Shown piece after piece: positions 1-8,406 of a DNA stretch of 55,501 bases. The translations under genes were made by a program, and so were the position numbers. Source of the stretch: a virus (Duplodnaviria; Caudoviricetes); the IMG/VR virus record IMGVR_UViG_3300013110_000375, positions 1 through 55,501 of that record. One strand, written 5' to 3'. Under the pieces are notes generated by a model, which saw nothing but the letters and a program-made list of their open reading frames with translations, ran no database searches and was not told the DNA's origin. The number at the start of each line of letters is the position of its first letter. Positions within the stretch are counted from its first letter, which is position 1.

Positions 1-874
1 ATTGCAAGTAACCTGTTCCAACCACTTCCCATTCCATATGGGTTTCGATGTATGAGTTTAAAGGCGCGTAAGGTACCATTGTGACCTTATGTCGCGCAAG
101 GTGTATGACCACTAGGCTATAGGCCGGAAACGCCGATAAATAAGCACCGGGGAAGGTTAAATAGCCTTGGTCTGGCCCAACACAGGCAGCATAACCAAGC
201 AGTTGGGTGCCCTGTTGATTATAAGCAGCTATCGTAACCATAAATACTCCACTTGAACCATATGGTGACCAAGTAAACGTCATTCCGCTCTTTAAAATGG
301 CCGCATCAAAAGCATATGATGGATCCACATAAAACATATTGTAAGGCTCGATAAAATCAAATCCCTCGATTGAGGTGAAAGTAAATTGTTCGTCATAAGC
401 TGATAATGAAACATCATGAATGGCATTTCTATCGTATTGTGTCTCATAAAGATATGCATAATGTTCTCCTATGCTTGATCGGGTTGCCACAAATGAATGG
501 ACAGGCCCTTCGACCGTAACCTCTGGCCCTATGTCGATTGGGTTGGTAGATGGAACTGTAACTAATAATTGATTTGTACATGTGCCCAATTCTGGGATCC
601 AACCTGTGTGGAAATCATTGATTGGCTCATGAAACTTTGTCTTGAACTCAACCAAGAGTTCTTGATTCTCTCCAACGCAAGCGGGACATGCCACTTGTCG
701 AAGATAGTAATTTATATATCCAGCGACACCCTCGATTGAAGGCTCGCTTGAGGGTTCCGAAGCAGGTTCGGGAGATACTTCAACAACAATATCTGATGTG
801 TCTTGTTTTTTGTCAGTGTAGCCAATGAGTCCAACTTCAGTCGAACATGCCAAGGCCAATATTAAACTAATCAT
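1..874 (-). CDS. Putative lipoprotein, about 291 aa, running to the window edge (missing from ORF track)
   Basis: ATG at 874 after a GGAG SD. Translates MISLILALACSTEVGLIGYTDKKQDTSDIVVEVSPEPASEPSSEPS..., with a lipobox-like LALAC, a PSSEPS linker and a CPAC motif. The same frame ends ...HMEWEVVGTGYLQ at position 2. Confidence 0.75.
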   Translation of the reverse strand, partial: MISLILALACSTEVGLIGYTDKKQDTSDIVVEVSPEPASEPSSEPSIEGVAGYINYYLRQVACPACVGENQELLVEFKTKFHEPINDFHTGWIPELGTCTNQLLVTVPSTNPIDIGPEVTVEGPVHSFVATRSSIGEHYAYLYETQYDRNAIHDVSLSAYDEQFTFTSIEGFDFIEPYNMFYVDPSYAFDAAILKSGMTFTWSPYGSSGVFMVTIAAYNQQGTQLLGYAACVGPDQGYLTFPGAYLSAFPAYSLVVIHLARHKVTMVPYAPLNSYIETHMEWEVVGTGYLQ

Positions 875-890
875 TCATTCTCCATATAAT

Positions 891-918
891 ATTATAACAC
901 GCTATTTGGATTTGTCAA
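891..918 (-). promoter_or_regulatory. Sigma70-type promoter
   Basis: TTGACA-16 nt-TATAAT with extended -10 TG, directly upstream of the 874 start. Confidence 0.75.
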
Positions 919-1168
919 GTGTTATTTTTAATAAAACTTCTGAGGACATATCAACCATATCGACTCCATCTTCCATCCATTTCACTTTAACAACTTGATA
1001 ACTGCTTTGGGAGCAGGTTCGGATTTCCAACACAATACCTAAATCACCAGCTATTATCCAAGATCCTTCACCATCTTGATAATAGGGCGCATACATTACT
1101 AAATCTCCAACTTTAAAATGGTTCGACCTTGAAGTGGTCTCGCCATCCTTTGGAAATCTTGATTTCAT
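902..1168 (-). CDS. Small SH3/KOW-like hypothetical protein (paralog family)
   Basis: FKVGDLV...GDLGIV...VKVKW pattern shared with neighbours. Confidence 0.65.
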   Translation of the reverse strand: MKSRFPKDGETTSRSNHFKVGDLVMYAPYYQDGEGSWIIAGDLGIVLEIRTCSQSSYQVVKVKWMEDGVDMVDMSSEVLLKITLDKSK

Positions 1169-1313
1169 TTACTCCAAGCACCTCACTGTTGCACCAAATA
1201 TAAAAATATTCACCACTATCATAAATACAATAATATTTCTCCTTTTCCTTGAAAAAGGAAAAATTCTCAAGACATATTAATGTTCGTCCTTGGAAAGAAT
1301 TTACAAGTTTCAT
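1113..1313 (-). CDS. Hypothetical protein, 66 aa
   Basis: ATGA overlap with the upstream gene; fills the operon. Confidence 0.6.
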   Translation of the reverse strand: MKLVNSFQGRTLICLENFSFFKEKEKYYCIYDSGEYFYIWCNSEVLGVNEIKISKGWRDHFKVEPF

Positions 1314-1567
1314 TTTTTTTCATCCTTTTTTTTATCATAAAGTTTTAGTTCATCTTCAAAATATGCAACCTCCATACCTTTTATAAGAACTGTATAATCA
1401 TAACCGGAAAAATTATTTATTAAATCAGCATATTGTGGCTCTCCTATCACAAGTCCTACTTCTCCTACTTTTATTTTACATTCTTCTATATCTAGCTCTA
1501 ATGGGAACTGATTCACTACTAAATCTCCAAGTTTAAATTTTTTATTACTTTCACTCACATAAATCAC
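1310..1567 (-). CDS. Small SH3/KOW-like hypothetical protein (paralog family)
   Basis: KFKLGDLVV...VGEVGLV...DYTVLIKG...FEDELKLY. Confidence 0.7.
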   Translation of the reverse strand: MIYVSESNKKFKLGDLVVNQFPLELDIEECKIKVGEVGLVIGEPQYADLINNFSGYDYTVLIKGMEVAYFEDELKLYDKKKDEKK

Positions 1568-1599
1568 CTCTACAAAATATTTAGTTTATAGAGGGCAAG

Positions 1600-1866
1600 T
1601 TATTTTTTTAACAATATAAATTTTATACCTTTTGATGTTTTATTAACTACATTTTTATATAATTCTAACTCCTCTTCAAAAAACAAAAACTCTTTTCCAT
1701 TAATGAGAACAAAATAATCAACTCCCCAAAAAGCGAGTGGCTCAGATTCAGAAACTTTGCTAATAATGCCAATGTCTCCCACCGATGCCACAAGTTGATC
1801 TAGGTAAAAAGAAATTTTTTCTGTTACCACTACAAGATCACCAATTTTATATTTTGGTTCGGCCAT
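1600..1866 (-). CDS. Small SH3/KOW-like hypothetical protein (paralog family)
   Basis: KYKIGDLVV...VGDIGII...DYFVLING...FEEELELY; clear paralog of 1310..1567. Confidence 0.7.
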   Translation of the reverse strand: MAEPKYKIGDLVVVTEKISFYLDQLVASVGDIGIISKVSESEPLAFWGVDYFVLINGKEFLFFEEELELYKNVVNKTSKGIKFILLKK

Positions 1867-1878
1867 ATATAATAACTA

Positions 1879-2199
1879 TCATTCAGGCTCCATTTCGGCC
1901 AAAAGAGGAAGTTCATGTTGGATTGCGGCTTGCTTTACTTGAGCGCATTTTGTTTCTGCTATTTCTCTGGTGTAAACTCCTGCTATTCCTTTTCCACTAT
2001 TATGTACATTTAGCATAATCCTTGTAGCTTCGGCTTTTGATTTACGAAATAGTTGTTCCAAGATCACAACTACAAACTCCATCGACGTATAATCATCATT
2101 ATGAAGAATGACTTTATACTTTTTTGGAGGTTCGATCTTATGTCTTTGTCTATCCTTTATACCGATATCTGACTGTTTATCCATTTTTTTCTTTGACAT
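1879..2199 (-). CDS. clpS: ATP-dependent Clp protease adaptor ClpS
   Basis: PPKKYKVILHNDDYTSMEFVV...IMLNVHNSGKGIAGVYTREIAETK...PLLAEMEPE is the canonical ClpS signature. Confidence 0.95.
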   Translation of the reverse strand: MSKKKMDKQSDIGIKDRQRHKIEPPKKYKVILHNDDYTSMEFVVVILEQLFRKSKAEATRIMLNVHNSGKGIAGVYTREIAETKCAQVKQAAIQHELPLLAEMEPE

Positions 2200-2420
2200 T
2201 AAAGATTCCTCCCATCAACTATTAAAAGCGATCCGTGATTGGTCCAATTTTTCAAATGGCTTTTAAACCCGTGACGAACAACTATTTGCTCAACAAGATC
2301 TCTCATTCTTTTGGATTTTCCCGTTATAATTTCAAAAGGCGGAGAATGTTTATAAATAAACTTTATTACCTCGTCCTCAACTGATTCGTGTTCTCTGCCG
2401 TGTAAGTCTAATTTTTCCAT
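2199..2420 (-). CDS. Stand-alone Smr (small MutS-related) domain protein
   Basis: LDLHG, IITGKS and NHGS motifs. Confidence 0.8.
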   Translation of the reverse strand: MEKLDLHGREHESVEDEVIKFIYKHSPPFEIITGKSKRMRDLVEQIVVRHGFKSHLKNWTNHGSLLIVDGRNL

Positions 2421-2572
2421 TGCTCTTCCTCAATCTTACTTTTATATCCATAACCACATGCAAAAACACAAAACAATGTAAATGCTAGCGACAAAACGCT
2501 GGAGCCGTACACCATTAAAAGAAACAATATAGCTATGTTTATGCACATAAACAACAATAATAAATATTTCAT
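2408..2572 (-). CDS. Small two-TM membrane protein, 54 aa (below ORF-track cutoff)
   Basis: MKYLLLLFMCINIAILFLLMVYGSSVLSLAFTLFCVFACGYGYKSKIEEEQWKN; ATGA overlap with the upstream stop; fills the gap. Confidence 0.6.
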   Translation of the reverse strand: MKYLLLLFMCINIAILFLLMVYGSSVLSLAFTLFCVFACGYGYKSKIEEEQWKN

Positions 2573-3261
2573 CCGTCATCCTCCTTAAAAGTTTTTAATC
2601 TCAACTGTTTATCTTTTATTAATATGTAGGTTGAATGTTCGATCCAATCTCCTATGTTAGCATAAGTTTTTATTTTTTCATTTTCGTCAACCCAAATCAC
2701 CACTTCTGGAATATGGGTGTGTCCCATAATAAAAACATCAGCCCCTTTGTTTAATTTCATTATATCCCAAACCCTTCTTAGTTTTCTTTTCTTCTGCTGT
2801 TGTCTAACATACCAAGCGGCAAGGTTCCATTTAAATACTCTCTCCAAAAGATCATGAAAAATAGAAACAACATTCATTGTAAATTTCCAATGAACAATAC
2901 CTTTTTCATATTTGTCGCCATGCTCTATTCTATATCTTCGACCAGCATAATCAAACTCATACTCTTCTACAAACTCGATTCCAGCTACAGTTTTTCCAAC
3001 AAACTTGCTGAAAGCAATATCATGATTTCCAACAATATAAATTATACGTTTCTTTTGTTGATTCATGTTTGCGATTAGTTGAAATAGATCGGCAGTATGT
3101 TCTGTGAATCTTGGTATTTTAATAAAATCTATTATATCACCAGCAAGTATTATTTCGTCAAAATCAGTTGAACTTAATAATTTCTTCAACTTTGATTCTT
3201 TTGAGTGAAAAGAGCCCATATGAATATCAGAAATTACAAGTCTAGTATAATCATCATTCAT
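2569..3261 (-). CDS. Calcineurin-like metallophosphoesterase, LpxH/UDP-2,3-diacylglucosamine hydrolase-like
   Basis: SDIH, GDIID, GNHD, HGD, GHTH and NIGDW motifs. Confidence 0.85.
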   Translation of the reverse strand: MNDDYTRLVISDIHMGSFHSKESKLKKLLSSTDFDEIILAGDIIDFIKIPRFTEHTADLFQLIANMNQQKKRIIYIVGNHDIAFSKFVGKTVAGIEFVEEYEFDYAGRRYRIEHGDKYEKGIVHWKFTMNVVSIFHDLLERVFKWNLAAWYVRQQQKKRKLRRVWDIMKLNKGADVFIMGHTHIPEVVIWVDENEKIKTYANIGDWIEHSTYILIKDKQLRLKTFKEDDG

Positions 3262-3280
3262 GTGGGCTCCGTATATAATA

Positions 3281-3309
3281 AATATATCCTATTTATTGTT
3301 CTATGTCAA
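3281..3309 (-). promoter_or_regulatory. Sigma70-type promoter
   Basis: TTGACA-17 nt-TATATT upstream of 3261. Confidence 0.65.
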
Positions 3310-3310
3310 G

Positions 3311-4264
3311 TTAAAAAGAATCAAAATAAATAACTCCTGATACAACCGCAACACTGAGGGCCAGTCCTAACATAATTTTAAGGAAATCAGCAACCAACAT
3401 TGGGAAGATTACTTTAACCTCTTTATCTTTATTAAACATTCTATAGACAGCTAACTCTCGTCCAGCCAATAATCCAATAAACACCCATGTCGTACTCATA
3501 GGTATATCATTATAAATCTTGAAATACCACAGCACAAGAGCGTAGAATAAATCAATTAGACATGCTGATCGAATAAAGCGAGTTCCACTTTTAGAAAGAA
3601 CAATCTCTTGTATCTTCCCTCCGTTGGTCTTAAACAAGTGTGCAAGCCCAACAACAAGGATACCTATGATTCCAAGCATTATTGGAAGACTAACGCCTTC
3701 TCTTGGCAAATATACAAAGACGTTTGCAATATCGTGAGAAAGCCACATGTGCCACAAAAAGCCCGTAGAAAACCATTGTGCTATGGTCCAAAACTTTCTA
3801 TTGTTTTCTTTAACTTGTTCCTTCTCATTCAGGAAGCGAGACAATGCCGACCAAATAAGATAAGATGCTATGGCTGCAATTGCGTAGCCCATAGCTGATT
3901 TCATGATTATCTTCTCCAACACAAGTCCGCTTGAAAATGCACTCAAAGTTAATAATGTTGTAGAAACTGGTATACCATACCTCGTTAGTCCCAACAAAAG
4001 TGCAGGGGCCAGCGCATGATACCATTGAAATTGGCCCGGATGTGGTATTTCGTTTAGCCTTCCAAATGCCATGTCGCCTTGTAACCAGCCGTACATCAAA
4101 GTGGTGCCCAAGATGACCGATGTAAAAAGCCACATCCAATACCATTTAACTTTTTTACTATTGGAACTTATAAATGTTCCAAGAGTTTGGGCACTATCAT
4201 TTCCAATAACAGAATAAGCCGCCAAAAGAAAGCCAATGGTGCCAAATATTATTGATAAAGACAT
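3311..4264 (-). CDS. PiT/PHO4-like inorganic phosphate transporter (likely start MSLSIIFG at 4264)
   Basis: Multi-TM protein with the two inverted PiT signature halves GNDSAQTLG...PVSTT and HDIAN...PMSTT; GGGAG SD before 4264. Confidence 0.7.
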   Translation of the reverse strand: MSLSIIFGTIGFLLAAYSVIGNDSAQTLGTFISSNSKKVKWYWMWLFTSVILGTTLMYGWLQGDMAFGRLNEIPHPGQFQWYHALAPALLLGLTRYGIPVSTTLLTLSAFSSGLVLEKIIMKSAMGYAIAAIASYLIWSALSRFLNEKEQVKENNRKFWTIAQWFSTGFLWHMWLSHDIANVFVYLPREGVSLPIMLGIIGILVVGLAHLFKTNGGKIQEIVLSKSGTRFIRSACLIDLFYALVLWYFKIYNDIPMSTTWVFIGLLAGRELAVYRMFNKDKEVKVIFPMLVADFLKIMLGLALSVAVVSGVIYFDSF

Positions 4265-4341
4265 TTTTTCTCCCTTCCTTTTAAATAGAAAAGAGTAATT
4301 AACTAATAACTTAAACTGTATAAATGGGACATCATTGTCAC

Positions 4342-4689
4342 TTATTTCATGAACACTTGTATCGCCAAAATAGCGCATGACAATATCAAGCAAAGCATTG
4401 TCTTTAAAGTAAACATGCTTTCATTCAAATGAAGCCAAGTCAGTATCGTAAATACAAAAATACCGCTCGTAAATCCTAAAAAACGACATGTCCACAATGC
4501 TTCAGCAGAGTCATAAATATTTTTTGTCCCAAACCAAAAGAAAAGTGAAACAGGAACAGAAAATATAATAGCTGAGAGAATGGCTTTACCTTCCCAAAAC
4601 TTCCAAACAAACTGGGAATTGAGTTGATACCATGCTAATGTTTGAGCGACAATAAAAAGTGTAAATCCATATACTATTTTTAAATCCAC
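4342..4689 (-). CDS. Four-TM small membrane protein (DMT/SMR-like size); likely GTG start at 4689
   Basis: Four hydrophobic segments; LNES followed by a final TM, as in DMT-family proteins. Confidence 0.55.
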   Translation of the reverse strand: MDLKIVYGFTLFIVAQTLAWYQLNSQFVWKFWEGKAILSAIIFSVPVSLFFWFGTKNIYDSAEALWTCRFLGFTSGIFVFTILTWLHLNESMFTLKTMLCLILSCAILAIQVFMK

Positions 4690-5237
4690 TTGTCCGCCTC
4701 GCAGTGTTTTAAACATCGAGGCTCATACATTTCACCTCCGCCAATTTCTAGTTGTTTATCCGATCCACGTTTTTTAAAAGTATAAAAAGCGTCCGCGCCA
4801 CAAATAGTGCAGACAGCAGGACAGATCTCCACCTTTGTGGCCCAAGGGAGCATCTTAGATATTTCTTCAAATGGCTGACCCTTTGAAGATAGTTGCAAGG
4901 ATGAGATCAATATTGAAAATCCCCTTTTGTATAGATCAATCAAAACTTCAGCAATATTGTCTATCATAAAGGCTTCATCAACGGCAACAATTCCCGATGT
5001 GGCTGATCGTTTTTCTAGATATAGAGTTATGTCCTCTGCTTTTTCTATTGGTGTGGACAGTGTTTCGTAGCCTGTATGTGATACAATTGCTATGCCCTTT
5101 GGATCATAGCGAGTGTCCTTAAGGGGTTTAAAAATGTAGACCTTTTTCTGTCTCAGTCGAAATCGTTCGATAGAACTCAGCAGCCTTGTTGTTTTTCCTC
5201 CGAACATCGGACCAGTAAAAATCACAAATTCATTCAT
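4680..5237 (-). CDS. tdk: Thymidine kinase (type II)
   Basis: GPMFGGKTT, VDEA, CTICG and YEPRCLKH motifs. Confidence 0.95.
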   Translation of the reverse strand: MNEFVIFTGPMFGGKTTRLLSSIERFRLRQKKVYIFKPLKDTRYDPKGIAIVSHTGYETLSTPIEKAEDITLYLEKRSATSGIVAVDEAFMIDNIAEVLIDLYKRGFSILISSLQLSSKGQPFEEISKMLPWATKVEICPAVCTICGADAFYTFKKRGSDKQLEIGGGEMYEPRCLKHCEADKWI

Positions 5238-5260
5238 ATATCACCAATAGAGTTACATAC

Positions 5261-5288
5261 ATTATAACTTATTATTTGCGTTTGTCAA
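5261..5288 (-). promoter_or_regulatory. Sigma70-type promoter
   Basis: TTGACA-16 nt-TATAAT upstream of tdk. Confidence 0.7.
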
Positions 5289-5290
5289 GT

Positions 5291-6880
5291 TTATTCTTCA
5301 ATTTCTTCTTCTTGGCATCCAAGGATGGCATAAGTAATTTCTATTATCTCTCCATCTTTAGGAGCATCAGCAGAATTAAAACTTACTTCATTGTTGTCGG
5401 CATTATACCACCAAGCCGTAGATGTCTGTCCTTCTATTTTAACCTCAATGGTATCTTCTATAGCTCCGTCATCACTTAATGAATAAGATAAAACAGGGAC
5501 AGAATTAAAAGCCATGGACTGTAGCTGCTGGCCCCAGTCGGCTGCACAAATAGAATAATTGGTTCCACCGAAATGATTTACAATATCATAGTATCCATCA
5601 CCAAACGAAGCATGCCTATTGTATGAACCATTATAATAAGAACACCCGGAAGGATAATCTCCAATAACAGAATGCGCGATGATCATTGATTTATCTGCTT
5701 TTAGGGTTTCAATATAATTTGCATAAGTTTGCCATGAATATGAATATCCATCCCTTTCATCTGAGACATACACTATTATTAAACTTGCATCTTGTCTTAA
5801 AAAAGCCGAACCCGGACCTGCATCACCACCAACCTGTAGTGCATCGTGTGACATGCGGATTCCCCTCTCAAAGCCAGAGCCGCTTGTTCCAACCTGAACT
5901 TGGGATGACAATTCGACCACTGGATCTGGTGTGCCGGGAGTGACTATTTGACCTCTAAAGTCAGGATCATCAGTTGTTATAACAGCTATTTGATAATCAG
6001 CGTTGAGAAGTGCAAAAGCAGACATAAAAGAATTCATGTTAATTGCAAGATTTTGTTGAAAGCTGTGCATTGAGCCGGAGTTGTCCACAACAAATAAAAT
6101 ATCAACTCTTCTAATCGAAGCTTGTTCAAAACTATCAGTTATAAATTCTGAATAGTCAGATGTTGCGGAGAGGTCAACGGTCACCATTGGATCAATAGGG
6201 TCGTTAGAATTGATATCGACCATAGCAACATCTGGTATTAGATCTTCAGGGATATATGGAACTTCGATTATTTCCATATCATTCGGTGGAACAATAAGAG
6301 GCAGATTAGGGGCGACAAGGGAGAAATCATTTGGAGGACTGATCCAAAAATCCAAACTATTAATTATTAAATCCATATTTCCAAGATTATTAATCTCTAG
6401 CAAAGTTACCTCCTCACAGCCAAGATAAACAGTTTCCAAATCTGACTCTAAAGGGTTAACATTAATAACTGGTGCGTCACCATAGCCATGAATGGGTATC
6501 TCCACAACTGGTTCATCGGGATCATTAGAAATAATATAAAGATATGCGCTCTTTTCTTCAAAGGTTTCTGGTTCATAATAAACATTAAACTCAACCTTTT
6601 CAGAATTTTCTAAATCATAAGTCACTGGTCGATCAAAAGTAAAGTTTGACTGCCCATAGATTCCAATATCATCTATCTCAAGTAATCCACCACCAGCATT
6701 AACAATAGTGACCAAATCTGCTAGACTTTCAACACCGGCTACAAGGTGACCATATTCAATTGATTCTGGGGAGACAACGATATTTGGAGCGGGGATTTCT
6801 GGGTCAACCTTCTCCACCTTGACTATTGTGTGATCACTACAGCCCATTAAAAAACAAAACAAAAACAATAACTTAAGCAT
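5291..6880 (-). CDS. Lipoprotein with two Ig-like (ASPM/Hydin, choice-of-anchor D-like) repeats and a vWA domain
   Basis: Lipobox FLMGC; two repeats ending SNDPDEP and SNDPIDP; MIDAS DILFVVDNSGSM; VSDERD. Confidence 0.85.
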   Translation of the reverse strand: MLKLLFLFCFLMGCSDHTIVKVEKVDPEIPAPNIVVSPESIEYGHLVAGVESLADLVTIVNAGGGLLEIDDIGIYGQSNFTFDRPVTYDLENSEKVEFNVYYEPETFEEKSAYLYIISNDPDEPVVEIPIHGYGDAPVINVNPLESDLETVYLGCEEVTLLEINNLGNMDLIINSLDFWISPPNDFSLVAPNLPLIVPPNDMEIIEVPYIPEDLIPDVAMVDINSNDPIDPMVTVDLSATSDYSEFITDSFEQASIRRVDILFVVDNSGSMHSFQQNLAINMNSFMSAFALLNADYQIAVITTDDPDFRGQIVTPGTPDPVVELSSQVQVGTSGSGFERGIRMSHDALQVGGDAGPGSAFLRQDASLIIVYVSDERDGYSYSWQTYANYIETLKADKSMIIAHSVIGDYPSGCSYYNGSYNRHASFGDGYYDIVNHFGGTNYSICAADWGQQLQSMAFNSVPVLSYSLSDDGAIEDTIEVKIEGQTSTAWWYNADNNEVSFNSADAPKDGEIIEITYAILGCQEEEIEE

Positions 6881-6917
6881 GAGCGCACCCCCTAAAATAA
6901 CTAGGGCGCAAAAAGGG

Positions 6918-7547
6918 TTATCGCTTAACGAGCCTTATTCTAATTTTATTCTCACCAAGTTTCCTTGGAAGTGTTTCTTCGCCTGAAGTTGGTTCTCCAA
7001 AGGATTGTTCTATCTCTGGTGATATTTTAGAAATTTGAGGCTCTGGTGGAGGAGGAGGCATGGCAGACATTAAGTCTGGGTCACCTATTAAGTCTATAAC
7101 CTTTTTCTTAACTTTCGTTTCTACAGCAGGGAGGTCATAGTGTCCTGATTCTCGCCCAATCTCATAATCGGCATCATGGCTCTTCCAAGCGCGAATTCTA
7201 CCAATAGAAGACTTAGTTTGTGGATCTACAACATACATCTCCACAAGAGTTTTAAAAACTTCTTCAGCTTCCAATTCTGCCTTTGGGGCGTGCCTCCTTG
7301 ATTTTTCAACAATGCTGAATAAATAGGCGAACCCAGCCAATTTAAAAATTTCATTTAACAGCATGTTTTTCTGATAAATAATTTCTCCTCGATTGTCTGG
7401 ATTGTTCGGGTCCAAACTGAGGAGAGGGCCGAAAGATTCAACATTTTCTTTGTATGCTTCAGACATCCAATCTGCCCTTTCTACAATTACAGTTCCTTTA
7501 TAGTCTCTCGCAGTGCTAACAAAACGCTGTGTTTTTCCATTGCTCAT
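6918..7547 (-). CDS. Hypothetical protein with poly-Pro tract
   Basis: 209-aa ORF with AGGT SD and CTATTTA motif upstream. Confidence 0.65.
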   Translation of the reverse strand: MSNGKTQRFVSTARDYKGTVIVERADWMSEAYKENVESFGPLLSLDPNNPDNRGEIIYQKNMLLNEIFKLAGFAYLFSIVEKSRRHAPKAELEAEEVFKTLVEMYVVDPQTKSSIGRIRAWKSHDADYEIGRESGHYDLPAVETKVKKKVIDLIGDPDLMSAMPPPPPEPQISKISPEIEQSFGEPTSGEETLPRKLGENKIRIRLVKR

Positions 7548-7562
7548 AAAAAAATACCTTTT

Positions 7563-8216
7563 TCATATATAAATAGTTTGTTCTTTGTAATCAAAGTTAA
7601 ATAGATTCTTTAAAAAAGAAATAATAATTTTATCCCTTTGTCGATCTGTTTCGGCCTGAGACATAAGCCAGCTATATGTTTTTTGTTTGTCATTTATTTT
7701 TTTATTAATATCTGAAATCTCATCTCTTAAAATTTCATTTATTTTAGTATACTTTGATGGATGAATATCTAGCTCCTCCGCTATTTCAAGCAACATGCCC
7801 CATTTATCATTTTCATAGGCATAAGTTGCTTTTTTAAATGTTTCCTCTTTCTCAGCAATTTCTACTGTCTTTTTCATATTTGAAAATTTGTCTGGATGAA
7901 TTTTTTTGGCAATTGACCTATAAATTCTTTGAAAGACCTTTCGCTTTTTTAATGTTTCCTCAGAAACCTCTATCCTGACTGGTTCTGTTGTATCTTTTGG
8001 TATCGGCTTTTGACCAAACAGATCATCAACTTTTTTTTGATTCTTAGATTCTAGATCGCCAATGGAAATATTATTTTTGGAACAAAACTCTCTATAGTAT
8101 TCCTCAAATACCTGCATGTTATCCGCTATTTCTTGTTCAACATAATCAAGCTCTGAATATCTAAACTTTAACTCATTTATTAGTTTTTTGTAAAGCTTGA
8201 ATGCGGTTATACTCAC
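7563..8216 (-). CDS. J-domain (DnaJ-like) co-chaperone
   Basis: IYRSIAKKIHPDK...FKKATYAY (HPD motif) inside coiled-coil. Confidence 0.8.
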   Translation of the reverse strand: MSITAFKLYKKLINELKFRYSELDYVEQEIADNMQVFEEYYREFCSKNNISIGDLESKNQKKVDDLFGQKPIPKDTTEPVRIEVSEETLKKRKVFQRIYRSIAKKIHPDKFSNMKKTVEIAEKEETFKKATYAYENDKWGMLLEIAEELDIHPSKYTKINEILRDEISDINKKINDKQKTYSWLMSQAETDRQRDKIIISFLKNLFNFDYKEQTIYI

Positions 8217-8388
8217 TTATTATATTCTCCAGATTAGAATCTGATATTTTAATCCTGACGAATGTCTTTTTTTCTCCGTCAGATGATTCCCAAATTTGAA
8301 TGGCGGCTTCGGTTAGGTCGCTCATTTCTAAATAGAATCCGCTGCCGTGATTACCGTCTTTACATAGTCTATATTTTTGATCTTCCAT
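8173..8388 (-). CDS. Hypothetical protein, 71 aa
   Basis: Strong AGGAGG SD. Confidence 0.7.
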   Translation of the reverse strand: MEDQKYRLCKDGNHGSGFYLEMSDLTEAAIQIWESSDGEKKTFVRIKISDSNLENIISEYNRIQALQKTNK

Positions 8389-8406
8389 GAATACCTCCTT
8401 TAATAC

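Noticed and set aside
3311-4393. Extended ORF-track starts (also 17422, 10441, 36249 and 36531)
   Set aside because: The extensions overlap upstream genes, promoters or terminators. Downstream starts have proper SD sequences, and the 36531 frame is better explained by the frameshift.
7568-7576. T4-type late promoter TATAAATA on the plus strand
   Set aside because: It faces away from all genes and is better read as the minus-strand CTATTTA motif.
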